Origin: Thermoplasmata archaeon
Lineage (GTDB): Archaea > Thermoplasmatota > Thermoplasmata > Thermoplasmatales > GCA-001856825
Length of the DNA: 64,000 bases
Assembly (NCBI GenBank): GCA_021792255.1
Contig: JAJYUZ010000001.1
Span: forward strand, 224,001 to 288,000
Direction of reading: 5' to 3'
Shown piece after piece: positions 20,081 through 29,649 of this stretch. The position numbers and the translations under genes were made by a program. The notes under the pieces are model-generated. The model did not search any database, was not told where the DNA came from, and saw nothing but the letters and a program-made list of their open reading frames with translations. The stretch's first letter is position 1. The number at the start of each line of letters is the position of its first letter.

Positions 20081-21877
20081 TTAACTAGGGTCACTCGACT
20101 TCAAGCGGTTCTTGACCGCTATGCCTCTCTGAAACTCAATCATTTCGTCTCTGTTCAGGACCGCCCTTCCGTAAGATAGTAAATTGTCATCTCTATCAAC
20201 CACAATGACCTCATCGTGCGGTCTGATCGATGCATCGGCGTCGTCTACAAATTTTGCAAAAATATTCTTACCTTCCTTGACAAAATCGACGACCTCAGAG
20301 TCTATTACTACTCTGTGTGAAGGGTAGTCAAAATTAGAATGAATGAGTAAAGCCCCATCGTAATTCAAACTGAAAAGTCCATCAGATGCTCTGAGCGCAA
20401 GTATCGGTTTGCTTTCATAGAGAATATTCCTTATTTTGCCGGTGTTCTTGCTCCTTTGGAGGGTTATCCTCTCCCTGTCAAGGAATGAATAAAGCTCCCT
20501 GCCAAATTGATACTTGAAGATGTAATTAACTTTGCTGATAAGATACTCTTTCCATTCAGGTCTTTCAAATTTTGTAATGTCCTTTGAAGTATCATAATAC
20601 TCACCCGGAAATAGAGACTGAGCGACTGGATATGTTTCATCCATAAACATGGAAACGGTCCCGAATTGACTTTGCACGAATTCCGTTGGTTTCTCGACAT
20701 AGTAGGAAAAAGGCTTCTTGCTAATCGTGACCCCGGTCTGCTCAAGAGTGGCTTCTGACTTGAATCTCCGTATATCAGGGCGATTTAGAGTCTCTTCCCC
20801 CGAAAAAAAGACTGGTGACTTTCTAGAATGCGGCTCAAATTTCTCAAGGTACTCGTAAAATTCTTGTATTTTTCTGTAAGCTTCCAATAATAGAGGGTGG
20901 GCATGGGCACGATACTCGGCGAAGTTCCACATGTTTTCCGTTTTTATCTGCTGTCTTATGTTATCGAGTTCCTTCACGGAGACATATAGATTGTGCATTC
21001 CGATTATACTGATCCTTTCCTCCTCTCCAACCTTTGCCAGTTCTTTGGCCGTATATCTATCGAAATAAGGCGAAGCTGGTAATTCGTCCGCAAAGGAATC
21101 TAGTTCCACAGTACCTGTTTCCGTCAGAATTCTATTATCTCTTGCGTACTTGATATATGCAGATGAGTCAATAACGTCCACTCCCATCAAGAATAGAATC
21201 GGAAAAAACATTGGATGGCCAGCTCCAAATGCGTGAATCACACTGTTACTCTTTAGATTCATTTTGGAGTTCAAAATTGATTCCGCAACTTTGGAATACA
21301 TGTATCTCTCCATAAGAGGAACTATCCCCCCGATGGGAAAATATTGACTCTCAAGCGACCCCATCATCCTCGCACTTGCCCGTCTTAAATCCGGATACAT
21401 GCCTCCCTGAATGGGCAAGGCCACACATTTTCTTGTTTCAGATATTGCTTCTCTTCCTCTTCTGAAATTCTCTTCAATATCTCCCTCTATCTTTTCCCTT
21501 GAGTGATCCATCTCGGAGAAAATATCTCTAATTGTGATAATGTCTGAATTTATGTTTTCCTGGTATTTCACCATCTCGAGATTTCCTGCTTTCAGTTCTC
21601 CATACATGTGTTCCTGGAATGTCCCAGAGTCAGTCATTATCAACCCGGGAAAATCCAACAGATCGTGAACGTCTTTGCCTCCTTCGTAGCCTCCTTTCTT
21701 TAGGATATATGAGTTAGTAATTACGCCATTAAGCTTCATCTGCTTTGCTACGGAAATCCAAGGTTCAGACTTAAAGGGATGAATTACGGGAAGAAGAGCT
21801 GGCGTTACAATTTTTTTCCCGTCAATTTCCAGTTCTCCAACCCTAGCTAAACCATCTCTGTGAAGAATCTGGAACAT
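20081..21877 (-). CDS. tgtA: archaeosine tRNA-guanine(15) transglycosylase with C-terminal PUA domain
   Basis: DGLARVG, TPALLPVIHP, ITNSYI, MTDSGTFQ, GGIVPLME, HAFGAGHPM, DSSAY; PUA domain at C-terminus. Confidence 0.93.
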   Translation of the reverse strand: MFQILHRDGLARVGELEIDGKKIVTPALLPVIHPFKSEPWISVAKQMKLNGVITNSYILKKGGYEGGKDVHDLLDFPGLIMTDSGTFQEHMYGELKAGNLEMVKYQENINSDIITIRDIFSEMDHSREKIEGDIEENFRRGREAISETRKCVALPIQGGMYPDLRRASARMMGSLESQYFPIGGIVPLMERYMYSKVAESILNSKMNLKSNSVIHAFGAGHPMFFPILFLMGVDVIDSSAYIKYARDNRILTETGTVELDSFADELPASPYFDRYTAKELAKVGEEERISIIGMHNLYVSVKELDNIRQQIKTENMWNFAEYRAHAHPLLLEAYRKIQEFYEYLEKFEPHSRKSPVFFSGEETLNRPDIRRFKSEATLEQTGVTISKKPFSYYVEKPTEFVQSQFGTVSMFMDETYPVAQSLFPGEYYDTSKDITKFERPEWKEYLISKVNYIFKYQFGRELYSFLDRERITLQRSKNTGKIRNILYESKPILALRASDGLFSLNYDGALLIHSNFDYPSHRVVIDSEVVDFVKEGKNIFAKFVDDADASIRPHDEVIVVDRDDNLLSYGRAVLNRDEMIEFQRGIAVKNRLKSSDPS

Positions 21878-21919
21878 CTATCAATTCAAATTAAAAAATC
21901 AATGGTAGGTGGTGTACAC

Positions 21920-22201
21920 CTACTTCTTTAGGATAATTTCTATCGAGGAAACGTTGCTTTCTCCGTCTTCTCTCTGGACCTTTTCTGTTGCGATCTTTAT
22001 ATCCTGATACTTTACTTGGGTCTTCATCATTGATTCCATTCTGTTCCTCACAATTTCAGCAACATCTACCGCCCTCTTAATTGCCATTCCTCTGGCCTTT
22101 ATTGAGACTTCGTTTGCTCCGTTTGTAAAGAGCATTATTGTACTAAAAACGTAGTTTTCCGTTGGTTTTTTCCCGATGAAAATAGTGTTATTATCAGCCA
22201 C
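21920..22201 (-). CDS. albA: DNA/RNA-binding protein Alba
   Basis: IFIGKKP..NYV, IKARG.AI.RAVDVAEIVRNR, NVSSIEI; GGTGA SD before GTG. Confidence 0.95.
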   Translation of the reverse strand: MADNNTIFIGKKPTENYVFSTIMLFTNGANEVSIKARGMAIKRAVDVAEIVRNRMESMMKTQVKYQDIKIATEKVQREDGESNVSSIEIILKK

Positions 22202-22257
22202 GCGTATCACCAGGATTGTCCAAGTATCAAATAATATTTAAGACTTTCCGTACAACC

Positions 22258-22274
22258 GAGTGTGGGACAATATT
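22258..22274 (+). repeat. IS terminal inverted repeat (left)
   Basis: Exact reverse complement of 23529-23545. Confidence 0.95.
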
Positions 22275-23282
22275 CTAGGTTCTTCCAATCTGGAATAGGT
22301 TGTGCCACACTCCCATACTAGAGAGAGCACAATCTATTCTGTCGTTCCTCTTCTGTGAGACGCTCCATCCCAGCATCTTCTTGTCAGCAGAGAATGCCGA
22401 TTCCGAATTGCTCCTCTTGTGATATTCCTCCATATAGGAAGGAGTGTTTAGAATGAACTCCTTCATGGTCTCCCTCCACTTTAGTGGACCGTTCAGTGTA
22501 GCATTCTTTTTGGGGATTATGTATACGTCTGTGCCCTTGAACTCTTCAACGTACGATGGATAGGAGTAATAGCGATCCAATCTTATGCTGTTCAGATGTA
22601 CGTCTATGGACTTGAGCATCGTTATGGCCTTCAGATAGGCATCCTTTTCTGATCTTGTGGATGAACCATACGCAATGTACATCTTGGTCCCTAGATCCAT
22701 GAGGCGGAAAGTGAATGCGAAGCACTTCATCTTCCTTCCGTCGCTGGACTGTTCCTTGGCCTTCTCCCTCCTCTCCTTTGCGAATGAGTTGTACTGTTTC
22801 GTTATTGTGAGGGAATAGCCAGTCCCGTCGCCAGTCGCATCCGATTGCTCTAATCCCTTCCGTCTCAGCATAATGGTGTGGAGGTTTAATAGCGCAATCA
22901 TCACCCTCTCGTCTGAGTACAGTCTCTCTATACTTTTGTAGCTCACCCTCACTCCGGAGAGCATGGAAAATATCGCTAACATGTTGGAGAACATCCTGTT
23001 GGACCCTCCAACAAGCTGCTTTATCAGGAGTAGCTTCACTTTCTGCTCAAGGGCCAATGTGCCAGGTTTCCCTGGTCCCTTTGCTATCTTGATGGAGGAT
23101 ACAGCTTCCCTTATCAGGGGATCGAGTGACGTTATTGCCTTCTATATCCTGTAGGAGAACTCCTGTTAGTAAGTCCTCCAGTCCCTATCCTTGACTGGAT
23201 GTTCTATCTTATACCTCTTCCTTAGAACTGATTCAAGCTCCTCTAGCTTGTATTTGATGTAAACATCAAATACCCTGAGCAC
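22275..23282 (-). pseudogene. ISNCY-family DDE transposase interrupted by two in-frame stops near the N-terminus
   Basis: ORF 22275-23057 has DATGDGTG, RLDRYYS and YHKRSNSESAFS motifs. The same frame continues upstream as ...RDWRTY*QEFSYRI*KAITSLDPLIREAV... with TAA at 23166-23168 and TAG at 23142-23144. Confidence 0.8.
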
Positions 23283-23335
23283 AACAGTCAATATAACAAA
23301 GGGTTAAATAGTTATCTATAGATATCCATGTAACA

Positions 23336-23530
23336 ATGGTGAGAATGCTGGAGCTCAACAAGGGTAAACTGGTTCTGAGTGAGGATGAGGTAGAGGGTTT
23401 TCTTGAGAGAACTGTCACTCCCATAGGGATGTCAGGCAAGGCTGACGTTCCAAGACGCTACATAGGGAGGAGGGTCTACGTAATAATCACGAAGAACGTC
23501 GGCACTTTGCAGGGTAGAGGTAAAACATAA
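23336..23530 (+). CDS. DUF2080-like transposase-associated protein
   Basis: EGFLERTVTPIG.SGKADVPRRYIGRRVYVII; divergent from the transposase inside the IS. Confidence 0.8.
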   Translation: MVRMLELNKGKLVLSEDEVEGFLERTVTPIGMSGKADVPRRYIGRRVYVIITKNVGTLQGRGKT

Positions 23531-23545
23531 TATTGTCCCACACTC
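23529..23545 (-). repeat. IS terminal inverted repeat (right)
   Basis: Exact reverse complement of 22258-22274. Confidence 0.95.
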
Positions 23546-23816
23546 CGTACAACCAATTAAGATTGATGAATATAGTGTCCAGACAGCTACTCATAGCGCA
23601 TCAAGGAAACAAAAAGGTGGCACTGATCCAGCTGACAAGCAAAAAATGAACTAACCCAAATTTAATTCTCGAATGTTCTAAAAGCTTCGAAATTTCAGCT
23701 AGAAAATTTAATTCAGTAATTTTGTAAGCATATTCAGGATAACGTCATTAAGTATTATGCGTATATAAAGAAAGTAATTAAGGTAAATTATAAGTATGAG
23801 CTTATCCTAGCCGCTT

Positions 23817-24035
23817 ATGGCGACGGATAAGAAGTATACGACCGTTTCTTTGCCTACTCCGCTATTCGAAAAAATTCAAGAAAAAATAAAGGGAACCGGC
23901 TTTACATCGGTCAGCGATTATGTTACTTTTGTGCTTAGAGAAATTCTTACTCACGGGAGCGATCAGGAAGCCTTCAATGCAGAAGACGAGAAGAAGGTAA
24001 AGGACAGGTTAAGATCCCTTGGATATCTGGACTAG
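23817..24035 (+). CDS. ribbon-helix-helix (CopG-like) protein with C-terminal RLRSLGY motif
   Basis: YTTVSLP beta-ribbon, GFTSVSDYVTFVLRE helix; ends EDEKKVKDRLRSLGYLD. Confidence 0.85.
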   Translation: MATDKKYTTVSLPTPLFEKIQEKIKGTGFTSVSDYVTFVLREILTHGSDQEAFNAEDEKKVKDRLRSLGYLD

Positions 24036-24044
24036 GTGGGTTAG

Positions 24045-25433
24045 ATGAAAGTAGCAGTAATTGGACTAGACTGTGCCGCTCCAGATATAATTTTCAATAA
24101 GCTCAAGGCAGATCTACCGAACCTTGCTAAAATGATAAATAATGGAGTTTCGGGTAAACTGCGAAGTTGCGATCCTCCGATCACAGTCCCAGCATGGATG
24201 GTTATGGCGACTGGAAGATCTCCCGGAGAGCTGGGTCTCTACGGTTTTAGGTCAAGAATGTCAAACTCTTACAATGGAATAAAGATACCAACTTCACAAG
24301 ACATCAAGTTTGATAAAGTGTGGGACATACTTGGCAAGAGGAACAAAAAAAGCATTATTGTCGCTGTTCCACCATCTTATCCTCCACGACCCTTACCGGG
24401 CTTGATGGTTTCAGATTTTCTGACCCCTGATAAAGACAAGGAGTTCACCTACCCTCCTGGGTTGAAGAACGAGATTCTTAGAGACTTCCCGGATTACCAA
24501 TTTGATGTAAAATTCAGGAAACCAGAGAAGAAAAAGATCATCGATGAAATATATAAGATGACAGACACGAGATTTAGGATGACAGAGAAGATGTTGAAGG
24601 AAAAAGAATGGGACTTCTTCTTCATGGTCGAAATAGGAATAGACAGAATCCATCACTCTTTTTGGAGATACATTGATGAAGGGAGCCACCTCTACGAAAA
24701 TGACAAAGAAATGAAGGACAAGTTCATTTCTTACTTCAAGATGGTCGATTCCCATATCGGCAAGATGCTGGAAGAATTTGATGATGACACAGTAGTGCTG
24801 GTTGTTTCTGATCACGGCGCAAAGCGCATGAAAGGGGCGTTTGCAATAAATCAGTGGCTCATCAAAGAAGGATATCTCAAGCTCAAAGGTGGTACAATAA
24901 GTCAGGGAGCTTCCCTAGAAGACTTGGAGGTTGACTGGGCACACTCTAAGGCATGGGCCTGGGGAGGTTATTATGCGAGAGTCTTCCTGAACATAAAAGG
25001 AAGGGAGCCCGAAGGGGTAATCGAGAAAGAAAATGTGAGGAAAGAATTGGATCTTTTAAAGGAAAAACTGGGATCTATACGGGGGCCAAATGGAGAAGAA
25101 TGGAAGACGATAGTTTTTGAACCTGAGGAAAGATATGACGTCGTAAACGGAGACAGATCAGACCTTTTTGTTTACCTTGACGACCTAAGCTGGAGGGCAG
25201 CCGGTACTCTCGGGTACGGTACAGACTTCCTGCTTGAAAACGATACCGGACCAGATGACGCAGTCCACGACTACGACGGAATTTACATAATGTATAGGAA
25301 GAACAGGAAGATTGGCAAGGTCATAGACTCTAGCATTTTTCAGATTGCTCCAACGATTCTGGAAATATATAGAGTCAGGAAAACTTACGGAATAAAGGGC
25401 AAACCTTTGGAAGGTGTGGAATATGTCGAGTGA
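24045..25433 (+). CDS. alkaline phosphatase superfamily protein (nucleotide pyrophosphatase/phosphodiesterase-like, COG3379-like)
   Basis: VIGLD, PPITVPAW (Thr nucleophile), DRIHH, VSDHG, DDAVH..DGI, IAPTIL. Confidence 0.85.
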   Translation: MKVAVIGLDCAAPDIIFNKLKADLPNLAKMINNGVSGKLRSCDPPITVPAWMVMATGRSPGELGLYGFRSRMSNSYNGIKIPTSQDIKFDKVWDILGKRNKKSIIVAVPPSYPPRPLPGLMVSDFLTPDKDKEFTYPPGLKNEILRDFPDYQFDVKFRKPEKKKIIDEIYKMTDTRFRMTEKMLKEKEWDFFFMVEIGIDRIHHSFWRYIDEGSHLYENDKEMKDKFISYFKMVDSHIGKMLEEFDDDTVVLVVSDHGAKRMKGAFAINQWLIKEGYLKLKGGTISQGASLEDLEVDWAHSKAWAWGGYYARVFLNIKGREPEGVIEKENVRKELDLLKEKLGSIRGPNGEEWKTIVFEPEERYDVVNGDRSDLFVYLDDLSWRAAGTLGYGTDFLLENDTGPDDAVHDYDGIYIMYRKNRKIGKVIDSSIFQIAPTILEIYRVRKTYGIKGKPLEGVEYVE

Positions 25434-25959
25434 AAAAGGATTCGTACTATGGTTCACTGGCCTGCCTGGAGCAGGCAAGACCACATTAGCAGAAAGAATT
25501 AAAACGATCTTCACGGAGAAAGGGATGAAGGTCGAAATTCTGGACGGGGATGAAATAAGAAAGGGCCTGTCACGTGATCTTGGCTTCTCAAAAGAGGACA
25601 GGGAAAAACACAACGAAAGAGTGATTTTTGTTGCAAAGCTGCTCTCTAGAAATGGAGTTGTGACTCTGGTACCACTTATATCTCCATACAGAGAAGTCAG
25701 GGCTGAGGCCAGGAAGGAGATTTCGGATTTCGTGGAGGTATATGTTCGCTGTCCACTTGACGTTCTGATCAAGAGAGATCCAAAGGGACTTTACAAAAAA
25801 GCACTCGCTGGAGAAATAAACAATCTTACTGGATTGCAGGACCCATATGAGGAACCTATCTCACCCGAAATGATAATAGATTCCAATACTGAGACTGTCG
25901 AGGAGAGTGTAAGTTCGATAATGAGTTACCTAAAATCCAGGGGTCTGACCAATCACTAG
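25423..25959 (+). CDS. cysC: adenylyl-sulfate (APS) kinase
   Basis: WFTGLPGAGKTT, LDGDEIR, DLGFSKEDR, ISPY, RDPKGLYKKA, TGLQDPYEEP. Confidence 0.95.
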   Translation: MSSEKGFVLWFTGLPGAGKTTLAERIKTIFTEKGMKVEILDGDEIRKGLSRDLGFSKEDREKHNERVIFVAKLLSRNGVVTLVPLISPYREVRAEARKEISDFVEVYVRCPLDVLIKRDPKGLYKKALAGEINNLTGLQDPYEEPISPEMIIDSNTETVEESVSSIMSYLKSRGLTNH

Positions 25960-26250
25960 ACCAATTATGATTTATCTGAGCGGCCAGAATTCAAGTTTTA
26001 TTCAATAGACACCATAATAAGTCTTCGATATATTGGTGTGGCAAGGGGCATAAGCTGTTCTTAATAAATCAAGGTTCAAGACGATCCCTCCTCACTCAAG
26101 TGATTTTAGTAGACCTTCTTCGGCCCCAATAGTATAAGCCTATGAGAAAAATGTCTTTTAATGCTCGATAATCACGAAAAAAATTCCAGGAATTCAGCAA
26201 CTATATAGACAATATTCATTAACTTATAATTTATTATACAATGTAATGTC

Positions 26251-26847
26251 ATGAAAACCGGAAGAGAGACTGAATGGGTAAGGGTAACAGTCGTGATACT
26301 CATCATAATGATCGCAGCACTTTTCTCAGGCTTGGCGTACTCAAACTCAAGAACATACAGTCTGACTCTTGTTGTAGCCCCGGTTGCATCAGGAGGTTAC
26401 GCGGGTAATCAATTCGCTTTTTATGTTCTCGTCAACGGTAAATTAAGCAACTCTTCAGACATCGTTCTACCTTCGAATACGCTCATCAAGATTACCATAT
26501 TCGAACACGCCACGGACCTCTCGCCACCATTTGTAGATTCTGCACACGACGTTTTGGGTACACAGTTCAACAGAATGATGCTCTTCAGTAACGTCATAGG
26601 ACCAACTTCGCTAAATAAAGTACCAGATCTTTCAAGCGGTAGATATGTGATGCAGGTGAGTCCTAATGACCTTTCCGATACGTTCTCGATAAGCAATGGA
26701 GTCAACATCCCGGTCCCACCGTCATCAGTCGTAATAGCTTACATAACGTTCAATTCGCCGGGAACTTATAGCTGGGGAGACATGTGTAACTGCGGACCAT
26801 CGATGGACGTTCAAGGAGAAATGTACGGAAATCTGACTGTCGTATAA
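26251..26847 (+). CDS. membrane-anchored cupredoxin-like protein with atypical metal ligands
   Basis: N-terminal TM; C-terminal FNSPGTYSWGDMCNCGPSM..QGEMYGNLTV resembles cupredoxin ends. Confidence 0.55.
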   Translation: MKTGRETEWVRVTVVILIIMIAALFSGLAYSNSRTYSLTLVVAPVASGGYAGNQFAFYVLVNGKLSNSSDIVLPSNTLIKITIFEHATDLSPPFVDSAHDVLGTQFNRMMLFSNVIGPTSLNKVPDLSSGRYVMQVSPNDLSDTFSISNGVNIPVPPSSVVIAYITFNSPGTYSWGDMCNCGPSMDVQGEMYGNLTVV

Positions 26848-27039
26848 AATCGAGGAAATGATCAGGATCATTGATGATGGACTAGTGGATATTATGAAGA
26901 CTCTCCGGAAAACATCCTCCCGTGTAAACTTGAGGCTCACTATAGCTATGAACGTATGGCTTGTACTGTGACCGACAATGGGAAACAGAATGTGTGTGAA
27001 GAAAAGAAAATTCCATTCAATTTTAAATTACTTCTAAAC

Positions 27040-28053
27040 TTACTCCCTTTTCTCGTTATTTTGTAACTTTCTTCCACCCGTTGCCTTAATTATTCTATTC
27101 ATTATTGCCAGTCCGATTCCTTTCTCTTCAAAACCTTCAATGACTCCCCTCGAATACCTACTTTTATCAAGCTTCCTGAATGAAGGGAAGAGATTTTTGG
27201 CTACTTCGTAGAGGTCTTTCCTTGAACCCAGAACTATGGACTCAGAATTGATTTTTTTGGCCGTCTCTGCGCTTCCTATAAAGAGGGCATCGCCTCGCTT
27301 GCACTCTTCAAGAATTGTCTCTTCACTTATTCCAAGATAGAGCTCCTTTTCCGGGGCATAGTGTCTGTATTTCATACCGGGAGAAATCGGAGTATCGGAT
27401 GAAACTCCTGAAATCTTGACCTTCATTTTGAATATTTCCTTAAGGTCCTCAGCTGAGAATGCCCCTGGCCGAAGGATCATTATCTCACCGTCCTTGAATA
27501 TTACGACTGTGGATTCGACTCCAAAATATGCAGGCCCTCCATCTAGAATCAGACTCACCTTCGTCCCCAGGTCCTCAAAAACTTCGGATGCGAAGACTGG
27601 ACTAGGTCGTCCCGACTTGTTGGCACTGGGGGCAGCTATGGGTCTTCCGCTCTCCCTGATAAGCTCTTGAGGAATCCGGTGGGCCGGCATCCTGACCGCA
27701 ATGGTGTCCAGTCCTGCGGTCGGAACGATCCCTACGTTTTTCTTTTCAAGGACCACTGTGAGTGGGCCAGGCCATACCCGCTCGAATCCCTCCCTAATCT
27801 TGCCACGAAGCCCCTGAGCTACCGACTCCAGCTGTTCAAAATCATTTATATGGACTATTATGGGATTGTCTTGTTGCCTCCCTTTGATTGAGAATATTTT
27901 CTTGCACGCTTCATCATCTAGAGCATTTGCGCCGAGCCCGTAAACCGTTTCCGTAGGAAATGCAACAGTTCCACCCCTCCTGATTATTTCTGCAGCTTCT
28001 CTTATTCTTTCTCGGTCTGGGGAAATGGGATCAATCCTACGGATATTTTCCAC
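27040..28053 (-). CDS. sua5: L-threonylcarbamoyladenylate synthase Sua5
   Basis: AFPTETVYGLGA, KGR..DNP.IVH, WPGPLT, AAPSANKSG, SPGMKYRHYAP plus SUA5 domain. Confidence 0.96.
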   Translation of the reverse strand: MENIRRIDPISPDRERIREAAEIIRRGGTVAFPTETVYGLGANALDDEACKKIFSIKGRQQDNPIIVHINDFEQLESVAQGLRGKIREGFERVWPGPLTVVLEKKNVGIVPTAGLDTIAVRMPAHRIPQELIRESGRPIAAPSANKSGRPSPVFASEVFEDLGTKVSLILDGGPAYFGVESTVVIFKDGEIMILRPGAFSAEDLKEIFKMKVKISGVSSDTPISPGMKYRHYAPEKELYLGISEETILEECKRGDALFIGSAETAKKINSESIVLGSRKDLYEVAKNLFPSFRKLDKSRYSRGVIEGFEEKGIGLAIMNRIIKATGGRKLQNNEKRE

Positions 28054-28089
28054 TTTAGCCTCATGGCCTGCGTGAGTATAAGGATAGAG

Positions 28090-29649
28090 TCAGAAGTGGT
28101 CCTCTTTCTTGAGAAATAAGTTAAGAGAAAAGTAAGAAACTATGATATCGAGGATTATGGTAAGCGCGTACCCTTTCACATAATAAGAAATATTGAAGGC
28201 TATTACGTACCTTGCAGACGCAAAGACAAGAGCGTTAATTATAATGATTGGAAGCCCTATGGCAAAACTCTTCAGGAATATCCATCTGCCCCCGATTCCC
28301 TCCTGCGAAAGGGAGTAAACTTCTTTCGGAATTGCGTGGATCAGATACGCGCCACCAGCGAATAAGACCGCCGTCAGAATGATCGCAAAGTATGGATAAT
28401 TCAATAGCAGGTACGAAACTAGGGTTCTGTTTGCGAATGATATGATCACGATCAGTATGCCGTAGTAAATCATCCCTATACTGAGTACGCTTAACACTTT
28501 TGAAAAGAAGTACTGACGTCTGGAGATGGGGAGCGCGGAGAGATGCCACGCAGCTTTCCCCTCGAGTCCGATAAGCAGGATCAAATCAATAAGGAATACC
28601 AGAGAGACATAGGGAATGTAGAAAAATGACTGTAGAGAGCTAGAAGAAGTCGAAAGCAATTCGGGGATGATCGGCAGGATAAAGGTGATGGGGATCACCA
28701 TTATCATAATGGCCCCTCTCCTTCTAAACATTATTTTTAAATCCTTGTCGACAAGGGATGTGACTGGTCTTTTTAGCTTGAGTGTCGGACTTTTTTTGTG
28801 ATTTCGCGACACATCTGCGAACGTTTCCATCCTCTCTGAGAAACTCCTCCTGTGAAGGTACAAGTACGACGGATATACAATAGCAAACGTCCCTACGAAG
28901 GCTCCAAAAGGATAGACAGAAAGAGTCGAAATGTACTGCGATGTAACAGGAATGAAGTAATACAGGAACTGAGGAATCCTGATAAAAGTCTGAAAGGACG
29001 GGTTTGTTCCGACTTCAATTGCAAGTATGAAAACGACAAATATCAGAACCTGAAATACTTGACCAAGGTACAGCCTCTTAGTTTTCCTGTTGGTGTTCGT
29101 CTTGACAAATGTGACTCCAACAAGGAGTGAGATAAGCCTTGCAAAGTAGATGAATAGGACCGTGTACATTGTGAATATGACTATAGGAAGTGGATTCCTG
29201 GTCTCCACAGAAATGATTATCCCCGCAGGAATAGTAACGAAGGGGAGGTAGAACTCGTTGTACAAAAACAGTGAAATTGGGACCACTCTTCTTTCCACTT
29301 TCAGCGGAAGCTGCTTAAGGGGTGTCAGAAGTTTCATATCCCACACTCCTCTGTAAAATTGAGTATCACTCATTATGGCAAGAATCAAGAGCAACAAAAA
29401 CAGAATGAAACTGTCGCTGGACATTCCGGATTTTGTGGATATGCTCCCAATCCCAAACGACACTGAGATTATTCCATAAATGAATGTATTAACGTAAAGA
29501 GAGGAACGTACATTGTTGGTAAGATATCTCTTCGCATGAGTCACAGACTGCTTGTCATTCTTCTGAAATCTGGGGGTGTTCTTGAGGAATTGATACTTGA
29601 GCTCCGTGTTTAGGACCTTTGCAAGAAATAAATCACTTCGCAGAGTCAT
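28090..29649 (-). CDS. multi-pass membrane protein, ABC-2/permease-like
   Basis: About 12 TM in two halves, each with an LxxLP motif (LKQLPL, LSALPI); KDLKIMFR linker. Confidence 0.6.
   Translation of the reverse strand: MTLRSDLFLAKVLNTELKYQFLKNTPRFQKNDKQSVTHAKRYLTNNVRSSLYVNTFIYGIISVSFGIGSISTKSGMSSDSFILFLLLLILAIMSDTQFYRGVWDMKLLTPLKQLPLKVERRVVPISLFLYNEFYLPFVTIPAGIIISVETRNPLPIVIFTMYTVLFIYFARLISLLVGVTFVKTNTNRKTKRLYLGQVFQVLIFVVFILAIEVGTNPSFQTFIRIPQFLYYFIPVTSQYISTLSVYPFGAFVGTFAIVYPSYLYLHRRSFSERMETFADVSRNHKKSPTLKLKRPVTSLVDKDLKIMFRRRGAIMIMVIPITFILPIIPELLSTSSSSLQSFFYIPYVSLVFLIDLILLIGLEGKAAWHLSALPISRRQYFFSKVLSVLSIGMIYYGILIVIISFANRTLVSYLLLNYPYFAIILTAVLFAGGAYLIHAIPKEVYSLSQEGIGGRWIFLKSFAIGLPIIIINALVFASARYVIAFNISYYVKGYALTIILDIIVSYFSLNLFLKKEDHF

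Larger units (their letters stand above)
22258..23545. mobile_element. insertion sequence (ISNCY/ISA1214-like), 1288 bp
   Basis: Perfect 17-bp TIRs GAGTGTGGGACAATATT (22258-22274) and AATATTGTCCCACACTC (23529-23545); 9-bp direct repeat CGTACAACC at 22249-22257 and 23546-23554; encloses a transposase and a divergent small ORF. Confidence 0.92.

Noticed and set aside
23142-23168. In-frame TAG/TAA in the transposase as possible recoding (pyrrolysine or readthrough)
   Set aside because: One stop is TAA, TAG is used as a normal stop by many genes here, and no pyl genes are visible; simple decay is more likely
23560-23630. TGATGA...CTGA pattern resembling a C/D box sRNA (a similar one at 51580-51660)
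   Set aside because: No convincing internal D'/C' boxes or guide lengths; cannot be supported without a target search
26859-26972. 37-codon ORF (MIRIIDDGLVDIMK...) after the cupredoxin-like gene
   Set aside because: Too short with no recognisable motif to support
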